From Candidatus Omnitrophota bacterium (lineage in GTDB: Bacteria; Omnitrophota; Gorgyraeia; Gygaellales; Profunditerraquicolaceae), in NCBI GenBank assembly GCA_041650295.1, contig JBAZLM010000002.1:118911-182910 (forward strand): a stretch of 64,000 nt of DNA. Reading direction: 5' to 3'. Each line of letters begins with the position of its first letter. Position 1 is the stretch's first letter. This document shows, piece after piece, positions 49,067 through 58,891 of this stretch. A program made the translations under genes and the position numbers. A model generated the notes under the pieces. That model did no database searches and had not been told where the DNA came from. It saw only the letters and a list, made by a program, of their open reading frames with translations.

Positions 49067-49732
49067 ATGAAAAATAATTACTTAAAAATTGCATTTGTCT
49101 TATTCTTAAGTTTTTCTTTGGCCGGTTGTACCTTTATCTTCCAAAGTGGGAAACGCTCTGACGCCCAAAAAATTGAAGAATTAAATAATCAATTGGATGA
49201 ACTTTTGCGTCAAAAGAGCTTATTAGAGCAAAAATTTGGCCAAGAGATTAACGATAAACAGATTAAGCTGCAGATGATGGAGAAAGGCTTAGTCATTACT
49301 GTAGTCGGAGACCTGATCTTTGATTCTGGGAAAGCTAAAATTAGATCTGAAGCTTATCCTTTATTAGATAAAGTATCGGCAGTTTTAAAAGATAATATGG
49401 CACAATTTAGCGTAGGAATTGAAGGTCATACCGATAATACACCGATTAAACATTCTGGTTGGAAATCTAACTGGGAGCTTTCTACAGCGCGTGCTTTAAG
49501 CGTAGTACATTATTTAGTGAGTGATCAAGGAATTTCCCCGGAGCGTTTATCTGCGATTGGTTACGGTGAGTATCGTCCAGTAGCTACTAATGACACGAAA
49601 GATGGCCGTAAGCAAAATCGCCGAGTAGAGATAGTGATCTTACCTAACGTTACTAAAGTTAAAGGTGATTCTGTAGTTACTTCCGTACCTAAGAATATTG
49701 AAGAAAATTCTCAAGAAGAGAATCTTAAATAG
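49067..49732 (+). CDS. OmpA/MotB-domain lipoprotein
   Basis: Lipobox 'LAGC'. Coiled-coil linker. 'GHTDNTPIK...NWELSTARALSVVHYL...GYGEYRPVATNDT...NRRVEIVI' OmpA C-terminal peptidoglycan-binding domain. Confidence 0.7.
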   Translation: MKNNYLKIAFVLFLSFSLAGCTFIFQSGKRSDAQKIEELNNQLDELLRQKSLLEQKFGQEINDKQIKLQMMEKGLVITVVGDLIFDSGKAKIRSEAYPLLDKVSAVLKDNMAQFSVGIEGHTDNTPIKHSGWKSNWELSTARALSVVHYLVSDQGISPERLSAIGYGEYRPVATNDTKDGRKQNRRVEIVILPNVTKVKGDSVVTSVPKNIEENSQEENLK

Positions 49733-49777
49733 TTCTGAATTTGAATGGTCCTGCTCGTGGGCAGGTAGTAATTAACT

Positions 49778-50161
49778 ATGGATGAAACTTTGAGGAATCG
49801 CTTAGTTTTAATTTTAGCTGTGTTATCGGTAATATTTTTCTTTAGCACACTTAGTTCTTGTAATAGCTCTCTTCGTCAAAAATCAGCTCGTGATAAAGAG
49901 ATGGCGATGCGCTTAGCATTAGAAGAGCGGATGAGCAAATTTGCTCAAGATAAATCATCGTTAGAAGAAAAAGCTAAGGCTAAAGAAAATGAAGCGCAAG
50001 AGCTAAAAGTTACTTTGGAGACGACTAAAAAAGCTTTAGTACAGGAGCAGTTGGTTAATCAAAGCTTAAAAGAAGATCTAGATAAATTAACTAAACTTAA
50101 AGATACTTTAGAACAAAACTTGAAGGAAGCATCAGCCGTTGCTAAGAAATCTAAAAAATGA
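49778..50161 (+). CDS. Hypothetical membrane-anchored coiled-coil protein
   Basis: N-terminal hydrophobic segment, then about 90 aa of heptad-like E/K/L-rich sequence. Confidence 0.35.
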   Translation: MDETLRNRLVLILAVLSVIFFFSTLSSCNSSLRQKSARDKEMAMRLALEERMSKFAQDKSSLEEKAKAKENEAQELKVTLETTKKALVQEQLVNQSLKEDLDKLTKLKDTLEQNLKEASAVAKKSKK

Positions 50162-50192
50162 ATTAAGGAGGTTAAAGAGCAAGGGTAAGTTT

Positions 50193-50225
50193 TAAAAAAA
50201 AGGGGAGAGATTCCCTTTTTTTATT
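50193..50225 (+). terminator. Rho-independent terminator
   Basis: AAAAAAAAGGG-gagagatt-CCCTTTTTTT is a perfectly complementary A/GGG : CCC/T stem, followed by a T tract. Confidence 0.55.
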
Positions 50226-50239
50226 GAGGGGAGGCAAGT

Positions 50240-51211
50240 ATGAAGATATTTAAAAAAATTATAGCGCTATTAATGCAGTGGTTTTCTAAAATTACCGCTA
50301 TGTTGAAATCGTTATTTAAAAAGCAACCTAAAATAGTTAAGATAGATCAACAGTCAAATAAAAATGCGGCGATCTTTCAGGAAACGGCTATTGCTAATAC
50401 AAAATTTTCTCACGCACAAAATGCTTGCGTGGTAAATACTTTTCCTCAAGAGTTACCTGATATTTATGATCAAGATAAAATTGTTCTGCAGGTGCGCGAC
50501 CCACATTGGTTACATACGTATTGGGAAGTAAAGTTTGTAACCATAGAAGGATTAAAATCAAAGTTTGGTCAGGAGTTTAATAAAGCGCGCAGAGTTTTAA
50601 GGGTTTATGATGTTACCAATATTATATTTAACGGAACTAACGCTAATCGATTCTTTGATATTGCGATTAATGATTTTGCTAATAGCTGGTATATCGATGC
50701 TGGTCCGGGTAGAGCTTGGTGCGTTGATTTAGGATTGATGTTGTCTGATGGAAGATTTATTACGATTTTACGTTCTAATGTGGTGCAGACTCCTTTAGAT
50801 GGACCGTCGCCAGTTACCGATGAAGAATGGATGATTCCGGAAGAGATCTTTGCTCGTCTTTATGGAATGGGCTTTGGTTTAGGAAAGAGTTCTCCAGTGG
50901 GAGGTGCCTGGCAGGAACGGATTAAGCAAGGATTGTTTAGTTCAGGGTTATCTTCTAGTCCGGTGAAAAAAGAGATTAAAGAGAGAAGTTTTTGGTTAAA
51001 GGTTGATTGTGAATTAATTGTTTATGGCTCAACCGAACCCGATGCTAAAGTGATGGTACAAGGGGTGCCGATTAAATTAAGATCAGATGGTACCTTTACA
51101 CTACGTTATTATTTACCAGATGGAAAGCAGATAATTCCCGTGAAAGCGGTCTCTTCGGATAAATTAGAAGAGCGCACAATTACTCCAATCGTTACTCGAG
51201 AAACCAAATAA
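50240..51211 (+). CDS. DUF4912-like protein (usual genomic partner of GH57 enzymes)
   Basis: 'VRDPHWLHTYWEV' motif. Immediately upstream of the GH57 gene. Assignment is from memory. Confidence 0.5.
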   Translation: MKIFKKIIALLMQWFSKITAMLKSLFKKQPKIVKIDQQSNKNAAIFQETAIANTKFSHAQNACVVNTFPQELPDIYDQDKIVLQVRDPHWLHTYWEVKFVTIEGLKSKFGQEFNKARRVLRVYDVTNIIFNGTNANRFFDIAINDFANSWYIDAGPGRAWCVDLGLMLSDGRFITILRSNVVQTPLDGPSPVTDEEWMIPEEIFARLYGMGFGLGKSSPVGGAWQERIKQGLFSSGLSSSPVKKEIKERSFWLKVDCELIVYGSTEPDAKVMVQGVPIKLRSDGTFTLRYYLPDGKQIIPVKAVSSDKLEERTITPIVTRETK

Positions 51212-51214
51212 AAT

Positions 51215-52795
51215 ATGACTAAAGGATACCTTTGCTTAGTTTTGCACGGCCACTTGCCTTTCGTGCGCCATCCGGAGCATGAAAATTTTCTAGAAGAAGA
51301 TTGGCTTTATGAGGCGATTACGGAAACTTATGTTCCGTTGATCTCTGTTTTTCAGGGATTAGTTAATGACGGAATTGATTTTCGCATTACTATGACTCTG
51401 AGTCCTACGCTCATCTCTATGCTTGCTGATCCTTTATTGCAGGAGCGATATTTGAAGCATATTAATAAAGTCATAGAATTAGCGGGTAAGGAAGTGGAAA
51501 GGACAAAATGGCAGCCGGATTTTAAAAAACTAGCCTTGATGTATTTTGATCGTTTTTCACATGCTCGCGATACCTTTAAAAGATATAATTGTAATTTAGT
51601 TCATGCTTTTAAAAAGTTTCAAGACTTAGGAAAACTAGAGATAATTACTTGCGGGGCCACACACGGATTTCTTCCGTTAATGGATGTTTGCCGAGATTCA
51701 GTACGGGCTCAGGTTAAAGTAGCTGCGGATCACTATCAGAGTGTTTTTGGCAGAAGACCGCGAGGCATTTGGATGCCGGAGTGTGGTTATCATCCGGGCC
51801 ATGATGCGATACTTAAGGAAGCCGGAATCAGTTACTTCTTTACAGATTCGCATGGTATTTTACATGCTACTCCACGTCCTAAATACGGAGTTTTTGCTCC
51901 GGTTTATTGTAAGGGTAGCGGAGTAGCGGCTTTTGGTCGTGATTTAGAGTCATCAAAACAAGTTTGGAGCTCAATCGAAGGGTATCCGGGAGATTATAAT
52001 TATCGGGAATTTTATCGAGATGTTGGGTTTGATTTAGAGTTTGATTATATTAAACCGTATATTCATCCCGATGGTGTGCGTATTAATACCGGAATAAAAT
52101 ATTACCGGATTACTGGAACCGGAAATAATAAAGAGCCTTATGTGCCGGAATGGGCGCAAGAGCGCGCTGCCGATCATGCTGGCAACTTTATGTTTAATCG
52201 TCAGAAGCAGGCTGGTTATTTAAATGAACTAATGGGTAAGGCTCCGATTATTGTTTCTCCGTATGATGCGGAACTTTTTGGACACTGGTGGTATGAAGGG
52301 CCGATGTGGCTAGATTTCTTATTCCGCAAAGTGGCCTGTGATCAACAAGAAATTGCCATGATTACTCCGTCTGAATACCTGCTTTCTAATCCGCGTAATC
52401 AGGTGGTCACTCCGTCATTTTCTAGTTGGGGTTATAAAGGTTATTCGGAGATGTGGCTACAGGGAACTAATGACTGGATCTATCGTCATTTACATGTAGC
52501 TTCAGAACGCATGAGTGAATTAGCAAAGAGTTTTCCGCAAGCCGGTGGGTTGCAATGTCGAGCGTTAAATCAAGCTTTACGTGAATTGTTGTTGGCACAA
52601 AGCTCAGACTGGGCTTTTATTTTAGGTACAGGAACGCATACTAGTTATGCAATTGCCCGTACTAAGGATCATCTTTTAAGGTTTAATCGTATTTATGCAG
52701 ATGTTAAGTCTGGTCACCTTGATGAGCAGTGGCTGGCGGATATTGAATATAAAGATAATATTTTTCCTGAGATAAATTATCAACTCCATCAATAA
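51215..52795 (+). CDS. Glycoside hydrolase family 57 (1,4-alpha-glucan branching enzyme-type, with DUF1957 C-terminal domain)
   Basis: 'GYLCLVLHGHLPFVRHPE' and 'HGFLPLM...WMPECGY' GH57 catalytic region. 526 aa. Confidence 0.75.
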   Translation: MTKGYLCLVLHGHLPFVRHPEHENFLEEDWLYEAITETYVPLISVFQGLVNDGIDFRITMTLSPTLISMLADPLLQERYLKHINKVIELAGKEVERTKWQPDFKKLALMYFDRFSHARDTFKRYNCNLVHAFKKFQDLGKLEIITCGATHGFLPLMDVCRDSVRAQVKVAADHYQSVFGRRPRGIWMPECGYHPGHDAILKEAGISYFFTDSHGILHATPRPKYGVFAPVYCKGSGVAAFGRDLESSKQVWSSIEGYPGDYNYREFYRDVGFDLEFDYIKPYIHPDGVRINTGIKYYRITGTGNNKEPYVPEWAQERAADHAGNFMFNRQKQAGYLNELMGKAPIIVSPYDAELFGHWWYEGPMWLDFLFRKVACDQQEIAMITPSEYLLSNPRNQVVTPSFSSWGYKGYSEMWLQGTNDWIYRHLHVASERMSELAKSFPQAGGLQCRALNQALRELLLAQSSDWAFILGTGTHTSYAIARTKDHLLRFNRIYADVKSGHLDEQWLADIEYKDNIFPEINYQLHQ

Positions 52796-52796
52796 C

Positions 52797-53516
52797 ATGG
52801 CGAATAATTTAACAGCCCCTAAGCATGTCGCTTTTATTATGGATGGTAATGGTCGCTGGGCAAAGCAAAAAGGTTTAGCGCGTACTGCTGGGCACAGAGA
52901 AGGTGTAGCCCGGGTTAAAGAAATTATTCGCGGCGCTTTTGAATTAGGTATTCAAACAATTACTTTCTTTGCTTTTTCAACGGAGAATTGGAGTCGTCCT
53001 AAGAATGAGATCTCCGTTTTAATGCGCTATCTGGATAATTTTTTAACCAAAGAAATTAGTGAGTTTAATAAAAATAATGTGCGTTTTTTAGCCATTGGCC
53101 GAGGTAATCCTATTCCTAGATATTTACAGGAAAAGATTAAGCAGGCGCAGGAGATGACTAAGGATAATACCGGTTTAAAAGTGGTGTTGGCCTTAAATTA
53201 TGGAGGTCGTCAAGAGATTGTGGATGCGGCAAAAAAATTTGCCAAAGATGTATTAGCTAAAAAGATCGTTTGCGAAAGTTTGGATGAAAAGAAGTTTCGC
53301 AGTTATTTTTATCAGGCTAGTTTAACTGATCCAGATCTTTTAATTCGCACTAGCAATGAAATGCGCATCAGTAATTTTTTACTTTGGCAGTTGTCTTATG
53401 CTGAGTTTTATTTTACATCGAAGAATTGGCCGGATTTTGGGATTACGGAATTAAAAGAGGCGATTAAAGAGTATCAAAAAAGAGAGAGACGGTTTGGGGG
53501 CCTAGATGCTCATTAA
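52797..53516 (+). CDS. uppS: Undecaprenyl-diphosphate synthase
   Basis: 'HVAFIMDGNGRWAK', 'FAFSTENWSRP' and 'RTSNEMRISNFLLWQLSYAEFYF'. Confidence 0.85.
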   Translation: MANNLTAPKHVAFIMDGNGRWAKQKGLARTAGHREGVARVKEIIRGAFELGIQTITFFAFSTENWSRPKNEISVLMRYLDNFLTKEISEFNKNNVRFLAIGRGNPIPRYLQEKIKQAQEMTKDNTGLKVVLALNYGGRQEIVDAAKKFAKDVLAKKIVCESLDEKKFRSYFYQASLTDPDLLIRTSNEMRISNFLLWQLSYAEFYFTSKNWPDFGITELKEAIKEYQKRERRFGGLDAH

Positions 53517-54300
53517 AAGAATAATTAGTTCGATTGTGTTAATTAGCTTAATTTGCGTAGTAATCTTTTTTGATTGGCTGTGCGCATTAATTGTTACCCT
53601 TTTTATTATCGGTGGGCTTTATGAATATTTTCAGATGCTTGAAAAAAAGGGGATTAAGATTTATAAGTATTTTGGCATTGGCATGGGGGCAATTATTCCT
53701 TTGTCGATTATGTTTAGATTTGAGCCAACCAAAAGTTGGGAGTTGTTATTTATTGTTTTGGCTTTAGTTTTTTTAATTTTAATGCAGTTTAAGCGTCGGG
53801 ATAATCAGGGAGTAATTGTGGATATCTCCACCACGCTTTTTGGCATTCTTTATGTTTCTTGGTTTTTTAGTTTTTTAATTAAGATTAGATATCTGCCGCA
53901 AGGATTGGGTTTGTTAGCGGGTTTGTTGTTGATTACAAAATTTGGCGATATTGGCGCTTATCTAGTCGGCAGCAAGTGGGGCAAGCACCTTTTGATTCCG
54001 CGCATTAGTCCTCATAAAACTGTGGAAGGATCGCTTGGCGGTTTAGCTTTTAATGTCTTGGGAGCTTTTGCCAGTAAATCGTTTTTACCTTTTAGTTATG
54101 GTGAATTATTTATATTGGCAATTTGTTTTGGCGTTTTAGGACAATTAGGGGATCTTTCGGAGTCTTTATTAAAAAGAGATTGTCAGGTTAAGGATTCTGG
54201 TAGTGTATTCCCAGGGATGGGTGGGGTTTTAGATGAAATCGATAGTTTGTTGTTTACTGCTCCGGTATTTTATTTCTATCTTAGTGCGGTTATAAAATAA
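53506..54300 (+). CDS. cdsA: Phosphatidate cytidylyltransferase
   Basis: Polytopic membrane protein. C-terminal 'SPHKTVEGSLGG...KRDCQVKDSGSVFPGMGGVLDEIDSLLF' CTP-transferase signature. Confidence 0.7.
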   Translation: MLIKRIISSIVLISLICVVIFFDWLCALIVTLFIIGGLYEYFQMLEKKGIKIYKYFGIGMGAIIPLSIMFRFEPTKSWELLFIVLALVFLILMQFKRRDNQGVIVDISTTLFGILYVSWFFSFLIKIRYLPQGLGLLAGLLLITKFGDIGAYLVGSKWGKHLLIPRISPHKTVEGSLGGLAFNVLGAFASKSFLPFSYGELFILAICFGVLGQLGDLSESLLKRDCQVKDSGSVFPGMGGVLDEIDSLLFTAPVFYFYLSAVIK

Positions 54301-55445
54301 TGAAAAAGATTGCGATTTTAGGGTCTAGTGGTTCTATCGGGCAAAGTACGCTTGCGGTAGCTAGAAATCTTCCTAAACAATTTAAGGTAGTGGCTCTAAG
54401 TGTCAATTGCGATATTATAAAATTAAAACAGCAGATTGTTGAGTTTAAACCGCGTTTGGTTTGTGTGAGAGATAAATTAGCTGCGCAGCAGTTAAAGAAG
54501 CAAATTGGTTCAAAGGTAAAGATTTTATCTGGGGATGAAGGATTAGAAGAGCTAGTTGCGGATAAAGAGATTCAACAGATTATGTTTGCTATCTCTGGTT
54601 CGGCGGCGTTAAAACCTTTAATTACAGCAATTAAAAACGGTAAAGATATTGCTTTAGCAAATAAAGAGGCTTTAGTGATGGCCGGGCCGATTATTATGTG
54701 TCTGGCTAGTAAGCATAAAGTTAAAATTTTGCCGGTAGATAGTGAGCAGTCGGCAATTTGGCAAGGTTTATTAGGGGCAAAGAGTGCGGATGTCAGAAGA
54801 GTTTATTTAACTGCTTCCGGAGGTTCATTAAGAAAAATCCCGGCAGATAAATTTAAACAGGTAAGTATTGAAAAAGTATTAGCGCATCCGCGTTGGAAGA
54901 TGGGGAAAAAGATTACTGTTGATTCGGCAACTTTAATGAATAAAGGTTTGGAGTTGTTGGAAGCGATGTTCTTGTTTAATCTAGAAGTTGAAAAGATTAA
55001 AGTGTTGGTGCATCCGGAAGCTTTAATTCATTCAATGGTAGAATTTAATGATGGAGTGATTATGGCGCAGCTTTCGGTGACGGATATGCGTATTCCTATT
55101 CAATATGCTTTATCTTATCCTGTGCGATTGCCTAATACTTTGGTTGGTATTGATTTTTATCGTTTAAGTAAATTACATTTTGAAAAACCTGATTTTAAGA
55201 AGTTTCCATCATTAAGATTAGCTTATCAGGCGGCCAAGGATTTAGGTACGATGCCTGCGGTTTTAAATGCGGCTAATGAAGAAAGTGTTAATCGTTTTTT
55301 GAATAGAGAGATAAATTTTTTAACTATACCTAAAATAGTGGAGAAGGTAATGCGGGCTCATACAAAAATAACTAATCCTAATCTTACCGAGATTATGGCT
55401 GCAGATCTTTGGGCTAGAGACGAAGTTATGCGTATTAGTGGCTAA
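54300..55445 (+). CDS. dxr: 1-deoxy-D-xylulose-5-phosphate reductoisomerase
   Basis: 'IAILGSSGSIGQSTL', 'LANKEALV' and 'PVDSEQSAIWQ'. Confidence 0.85.
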   Translation: MKKIAILGSSGSIGQSTLAVARNLPKQFKVVALSVNCDIIKLKQQIVEFKPRLVCVRDKLAAQQLKKQIGSKVKILSGDEGLEELVADKEIQQIMFAISGSAALKPLITAIKNGKDIALANKEALVMAGPIIMCLASKHKVKILPVDSEQSAIWQGLLGAKSADVRRVYLTASGGSLRKIPADKFKQVSIEKVLAHPRWKMGKKITVDSATLMNKGLELLEAMFLFNLEVEKIKVLVHPEALIHSMVEFNDGVIMAQLSVTDMRIPIQYALSYPVRLPNTLVGIDFYRLSKLHFEKPDFKKFPSLRLAYQAAKDLGTMPAVLNAANEESVNRFLNREINFLTIPKIVEKVMRAHTKITNPNLTEIMAADLWARDEVMRISG

Positions 55446-55458
55446 CCTTAATTAGAAA

Positions 55459-56541
55459 ATGATGGCAATAATTATTTTTATTTTAATTTTAAGTTTACTA
55501 ATTATCGTGCATGAGTTTGGACATTTTATGGCCGCACGCATTAGTGGGGTGCGCGTTGAGCAGTTTTCTTTAGGGTTTGGTCCGCAGATCTTTAAAAAGA
55601 AAAAAGGGGATACTGAATATAGTTTAAGTTTGATCCCTTTGGGTGGTTATGTCAAGATGGCTGGTGACAGTCAAGCAGAGTATAAAGGGGCGCCTGATGA
55701 ATATCTTTCTAAAAGTTGTGGCAGTAGATTTTGGATTATTTTTTGCGGGCCATTTTTAAATTATCTTTTAGGTTTTTTATTTTTCTGGTCAATATTTTTA
55801 ATTGGTTATCCTACTTTGACTGCAAAAGTTGGTGGCTTAATTGATGGATATGGAGCCAAGATCGCCGGTTTGCAAGTTGCTGATAAAATTATCGCAGTTG
55901 AGGATAAAAAAATAGATCTTTGGGAAGATCTGCAGCGACAGATTCAAGAAAGAAAAACAAAGGATAGCGTTACAGTGACTGTATTACGCGGCAATCAGGA
56001 GTTAATCTTTAAAATTCCAATTAAAGATAAAGTAGTTGATGATCAATCTGGCAAGAAACGTGCTTTAGGAATTATTGGAATTACTCCTTTTGATGAGATT
56101 GTCGAGGTTAAATACGGTTTATTTAAATCTGCTTATTTCAGTTTTAGAAAAGTTTTAAATTTAACGGTACTTACTTATCAGGGGTTGTGGAGATTGGTCA
56201 GCGGAAAGATGTCGATGCGTGATTCTATGACTGGCCCTTTAGGGATATATTTTATTACCTCTAATGCGGCTAAGTTAGGGTTGATTGCGTTAATGCATTT
56301 GATTGCTATTCTGAGTGTAAGTTTAGCGATCTTTAATCTTTTACCCTTACCAATATTAGATGGTGGGCACTTATTTCTATTAGGTTTAGAAAAATTAAGA
56401 AAAAAAGCCTTAGGAATTAAAACCGAAGAGATCGTTAATAATGTGGGTTTTACTTTAATTATTAGCTTAGCGGTATTTGTAACTTATAACGATATCGTTC
56501 GACTTTATGGAGATAAATTGAGCAAATTAATCTCTAAATAA
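55459..56541 (+). CDS. rseP: RIP site-2 metalloprotease RseP
   Basis: 'HEFGHFMAA' HExxH zinc motif. PDZ region. 'NLLPLPILDGGH' LDG motif. Confidence 0.8.
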   Translation: MMAIIIFILILSLLIIVHEFGHFMAARISGVRVEQFSLGFGPQIFKKKKGDTEYSLSLIPLGGYVKMAGDSQAEYKGAPDEYLSKSCGSRFWIIFCGPFLNYLLGFLFFWSIFLIGYPTLTAKVGGLIDGYGAKIAGLQVADKIIAVEDKKIDLWEDLQRQIQERKTKDSVTVTVLRGNQELIFKIPIKDKVVDDQSGKKRALGIIGITPFDEIVEVKYGLFKSAYFSFRKVLNLTVLTYQGLWRLVSGKMSMRDSMTGPLGIYFITSNAAKLGLIALMHLIAILSVSLAIFNLLPLPILDGGHLFLLGLEKLRKKALGIKTEEIVNNVGFTLIISLAVFVTYNDIVRLYGDKLSKLISK

Positions 56542-56542
56542 T

Positions 56543-57625
56543 ATGGAAATTAAAAGAAGGAAATCAAAAGTAATTAAAATTGGAGATCTTTTAATTGGCG
56601 GTGATCATCCGATTGCTATTCAATCGATGACTAAGGTTAAGAGTTCCCATGTAGATAGTGTTGTGCAACAGATTAAGCAATTAGAAGCGGCGGGTTGTCA
56701 GATTGTGCGCTTAGCAGTTAAAGATCCTGCGGATGCTTTAGCAATAAAAAAGATTAAAGCTCAAGTTAAATTACCGTTGGTGGCGGATATTCATTTTTCT
56801 TATAAGTTAGCACTTGCGGCGATTGAAAATGGTGCTGATAAAATTAGACTTAATCCGGGGAATATTGATAAAACTAAAGAGATTAAGGCGGTGGTTAGTG
56901 CTTTAAAGTCAGCCAAGATTCCTTTGCGCATTGGGCTTAACAGTGGTTCGGTAAAAGAAATTGGTGCAAGAAAGTCAGCGATGACTGACCGATTGGTGGC
57001 TTCGTGTATGGATTATGTACACAGAATTGAGAAGCTTAAATTTGATAAAATTGTAATTTCGCTTAAAGCCAACAATGTTTTAGATACAGTAGAAGCTTAT
57101 CGTAAAGTAGCTAAGGTGTGCAGCTATCCTTTGCATTTGGGCTTAACTGCTACTGGCTCTACTTATAACGGTGTGGTAAAATCTAGTGTGGCGATCGGAG
57201 CTTTGCTATTAGATGGGATTGGTGATACAATAAGGGTGTCGCTTACGGATAAGCCGCAGGAAGAGATTAGGGCGGCAAAATGTATTTTAGAATCATTAGG
57301 GTTATTTGAATCTAGTATTAGAATAATTAGTTGTCCTACCTGCGGGCGCTGTGAAGTTAATTTGATTAATATTGTTAAGAATCTAGAAGATAAATTAACG
57401 GCTAAAGAATATAAAAAACTTAAAAAACCTCTAGAAGTAGCAGTGATGGGTTGTGTAGTTAACGGTCCGGGAGAGGCAAAAGAGGCAGATTTAGGCGTAG
57501 CTTTTGGTAAGGATTCAGGTATTTTGTTTTCTCACGGTAAAATTGTAAAAAAAATATTAGCTAAAGATTGTGTAAAAGTTTTGTTAGGAGAAATTAAGGT
57601 CGCCCAATTGCGGGCAAGGAGATAA
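56543..57625 (+). CDS. ispG: 4-hydroxy-3-methylbut-2-en-1-yl diphosphate synthase (GcpE)
   Basis: 'IKIGDLLIGGDHPIAIQSMTK' and 'RIISCPTCGRCEVNL' [4Fe-4S] cysteines. Confidence 0.85.
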   Translation: MEIKRRKSKVIKIGDLLIGGDHPIAIQSMTKVKSSHVDSVVQQIKQLEAAGCQIVRLAVKDPADALAIKKIKAQVKLPLVADIHFSYKLALAAIENGADKIRLNPGNIDKTKEIKAVVSALKSAKIPLRIGLNSGSVKEIGARKSAMTDRLVASCMDYVHRIEKLKFDKIVISLKANNVLDTVEAYRKVAKVCSYPLHLGLTATGSTYNGVVKSSVAIGALLLDGIGDTIRVSLTDKPQEEIRAAKCILESLGLFESSIRIISCPTCGRCEVNLINIVKNLEDKLTAKEYKKLKKPLEVAVMGCVVNGPGEAKEADLGVAFGKDSGILFSHGKIVKKILAKDCVKVLLGEIKVAQLRARR

Positions 57626-57626
57626 T

Positions 57627-58889
57627 ATGGCTCAGCAAACGCTAAAAAATAGGATACGCGAAGATTTTATTGCTAAGTACAGCAGTATTTTATTTAAAGG
57701 GACCAGTAATAAAACTGAAGTGGCAGCGGTGGTGCGTAAAATTTTAGAGGGTATTTTAAGTCAGCCGCGCGGTGCACTTAAAGATCAGGATCGGGATAAC
57801 ATCATTAATGAGCTGGTGGATGAGATCTCCGGATTTGGCCCAATTGAAAAATTAATGATGGATCCGGATGTTACGGAAATTATGATTAATGGTGCTAGTA
57901 AGGTGTATGTGGAAAAATACGGAAAAAAAGAATTAACGGATATGAAGTTTGATAGTGATCAACAGTTGATGTATGTTATTCAGAAAATTTTATCACCGAC
58001 TAGAAGAAGAGTTGATGAGACAGTGCCTTATGCGGATGTTTGTCTGCCAGATGGTTCGCGAGTTAATATTATTATTCCGCCGCTAGCTTTAGATGGTCCA
58101 ACGATAACTATTCGAAAATTTTTGCGAAAAATTATTAAAGTTGAAGATTTGATTGATTTAGGAACGATGAACCGTAAGATGGCCGATTTTCTCGTGGCTT
58201 GCATTAGAGCTAAAATAAATATTATTTTTGCCGGTGCCACGGGTTCTGGTAAAACCACTACGGTAGGAGTGCTCTCTGGATATATTGCTAATGATGAACG
58301 TACGATTACTATTGAAGATACTGCTGAACTACATTTAGCTCAGGACCATGTGGTTAGGCTAGAAACTAAACCAGCTAATATTGAGGGCAAGGGTGAGATT
58401 TCTATCCGTGATCTTTTTCGTAATACTTTGCGTATGCGTCCACAGAGAATAATTTTAGGTGAAATTAGAAGTGCGGAGGCTTTAGATATGTTGCAAGCGA
58501 TGAGCTCTGGTCATAATGGCGCGCTTTCTGTGATTCATGCTAATACTCCGCAGGAGGTTATGCATCGTTTAGAGACGATGATTTTGATGTCAGGGATTCC
58601 GATTACTTTAGAAGCAATTCACCGGCAGATCGGTTCGAGTTTGCATTTAATCGTGCAACAGGATCAGTTGGCTGACGGAACACGTAAAATTACCCGCATT
58701 ACCCAAGTTAATGGGTTAAAAGATGGATGGGCAAATTTAGAGGATCTTTTTGTTTATGAAATCGCTAGTTTGTCTGAAGGTGGTAAAGTGCACGGACATT
58801 TTAAGGCTACTGGAGTATCGCCGGCGTTTTATCCTCTTTTTGCGAAAAGAGGAGTAAATTTATCCAAAGAAATTTTTAACAAGGACTAA
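57627..58889 (+). CDS. CpaF/TadA-family type II/IV secretion system ATPase (paralog 1)
   Basis: 'TEIMINGASKVYVE', 'IIFAGATGSGKTTTV' Walker A, 'RIILGEIRSAEA' Walker B region, 'SVIHANTP' His box. Confidence 0.7.
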   Translation: MAQQTLKNRIREDFIAKYSSILFKGTSNKTEVAAVVRKILEGILSQPRGALKDQDRDNIINELVDEISGFGPIEKLMMDPDVTEIMINGASKVYVEKYGKKELTDMKFDSDQQLMYVIQKILSPTRRRVDETVPYADVCLPDGSRVNIIIPPLALDGPTITIRKFLRKIIKVEDLIDLGTMNRKMADFLVACIRAKINIIFAGATGSGKTTTVGVLSGYIANDERTITIEDTAELHLAQDHVVRLETKPANIEGKGEISIRDLFRNTLRMRPQRIILGEIRSAEALDMLQAMSSGHNGALSVIHANTPQEVMHRLETMILMSGIPITLEAIHRQIGSSLHLIVQQDQLADGTRKITRITQVNGLKDGWANLEDLFVYEIASLSEGGKVHGHFKATGVSPAFYPLFAKRGVNLSKEIFNKD

Positions 58890-58891
58890 CT

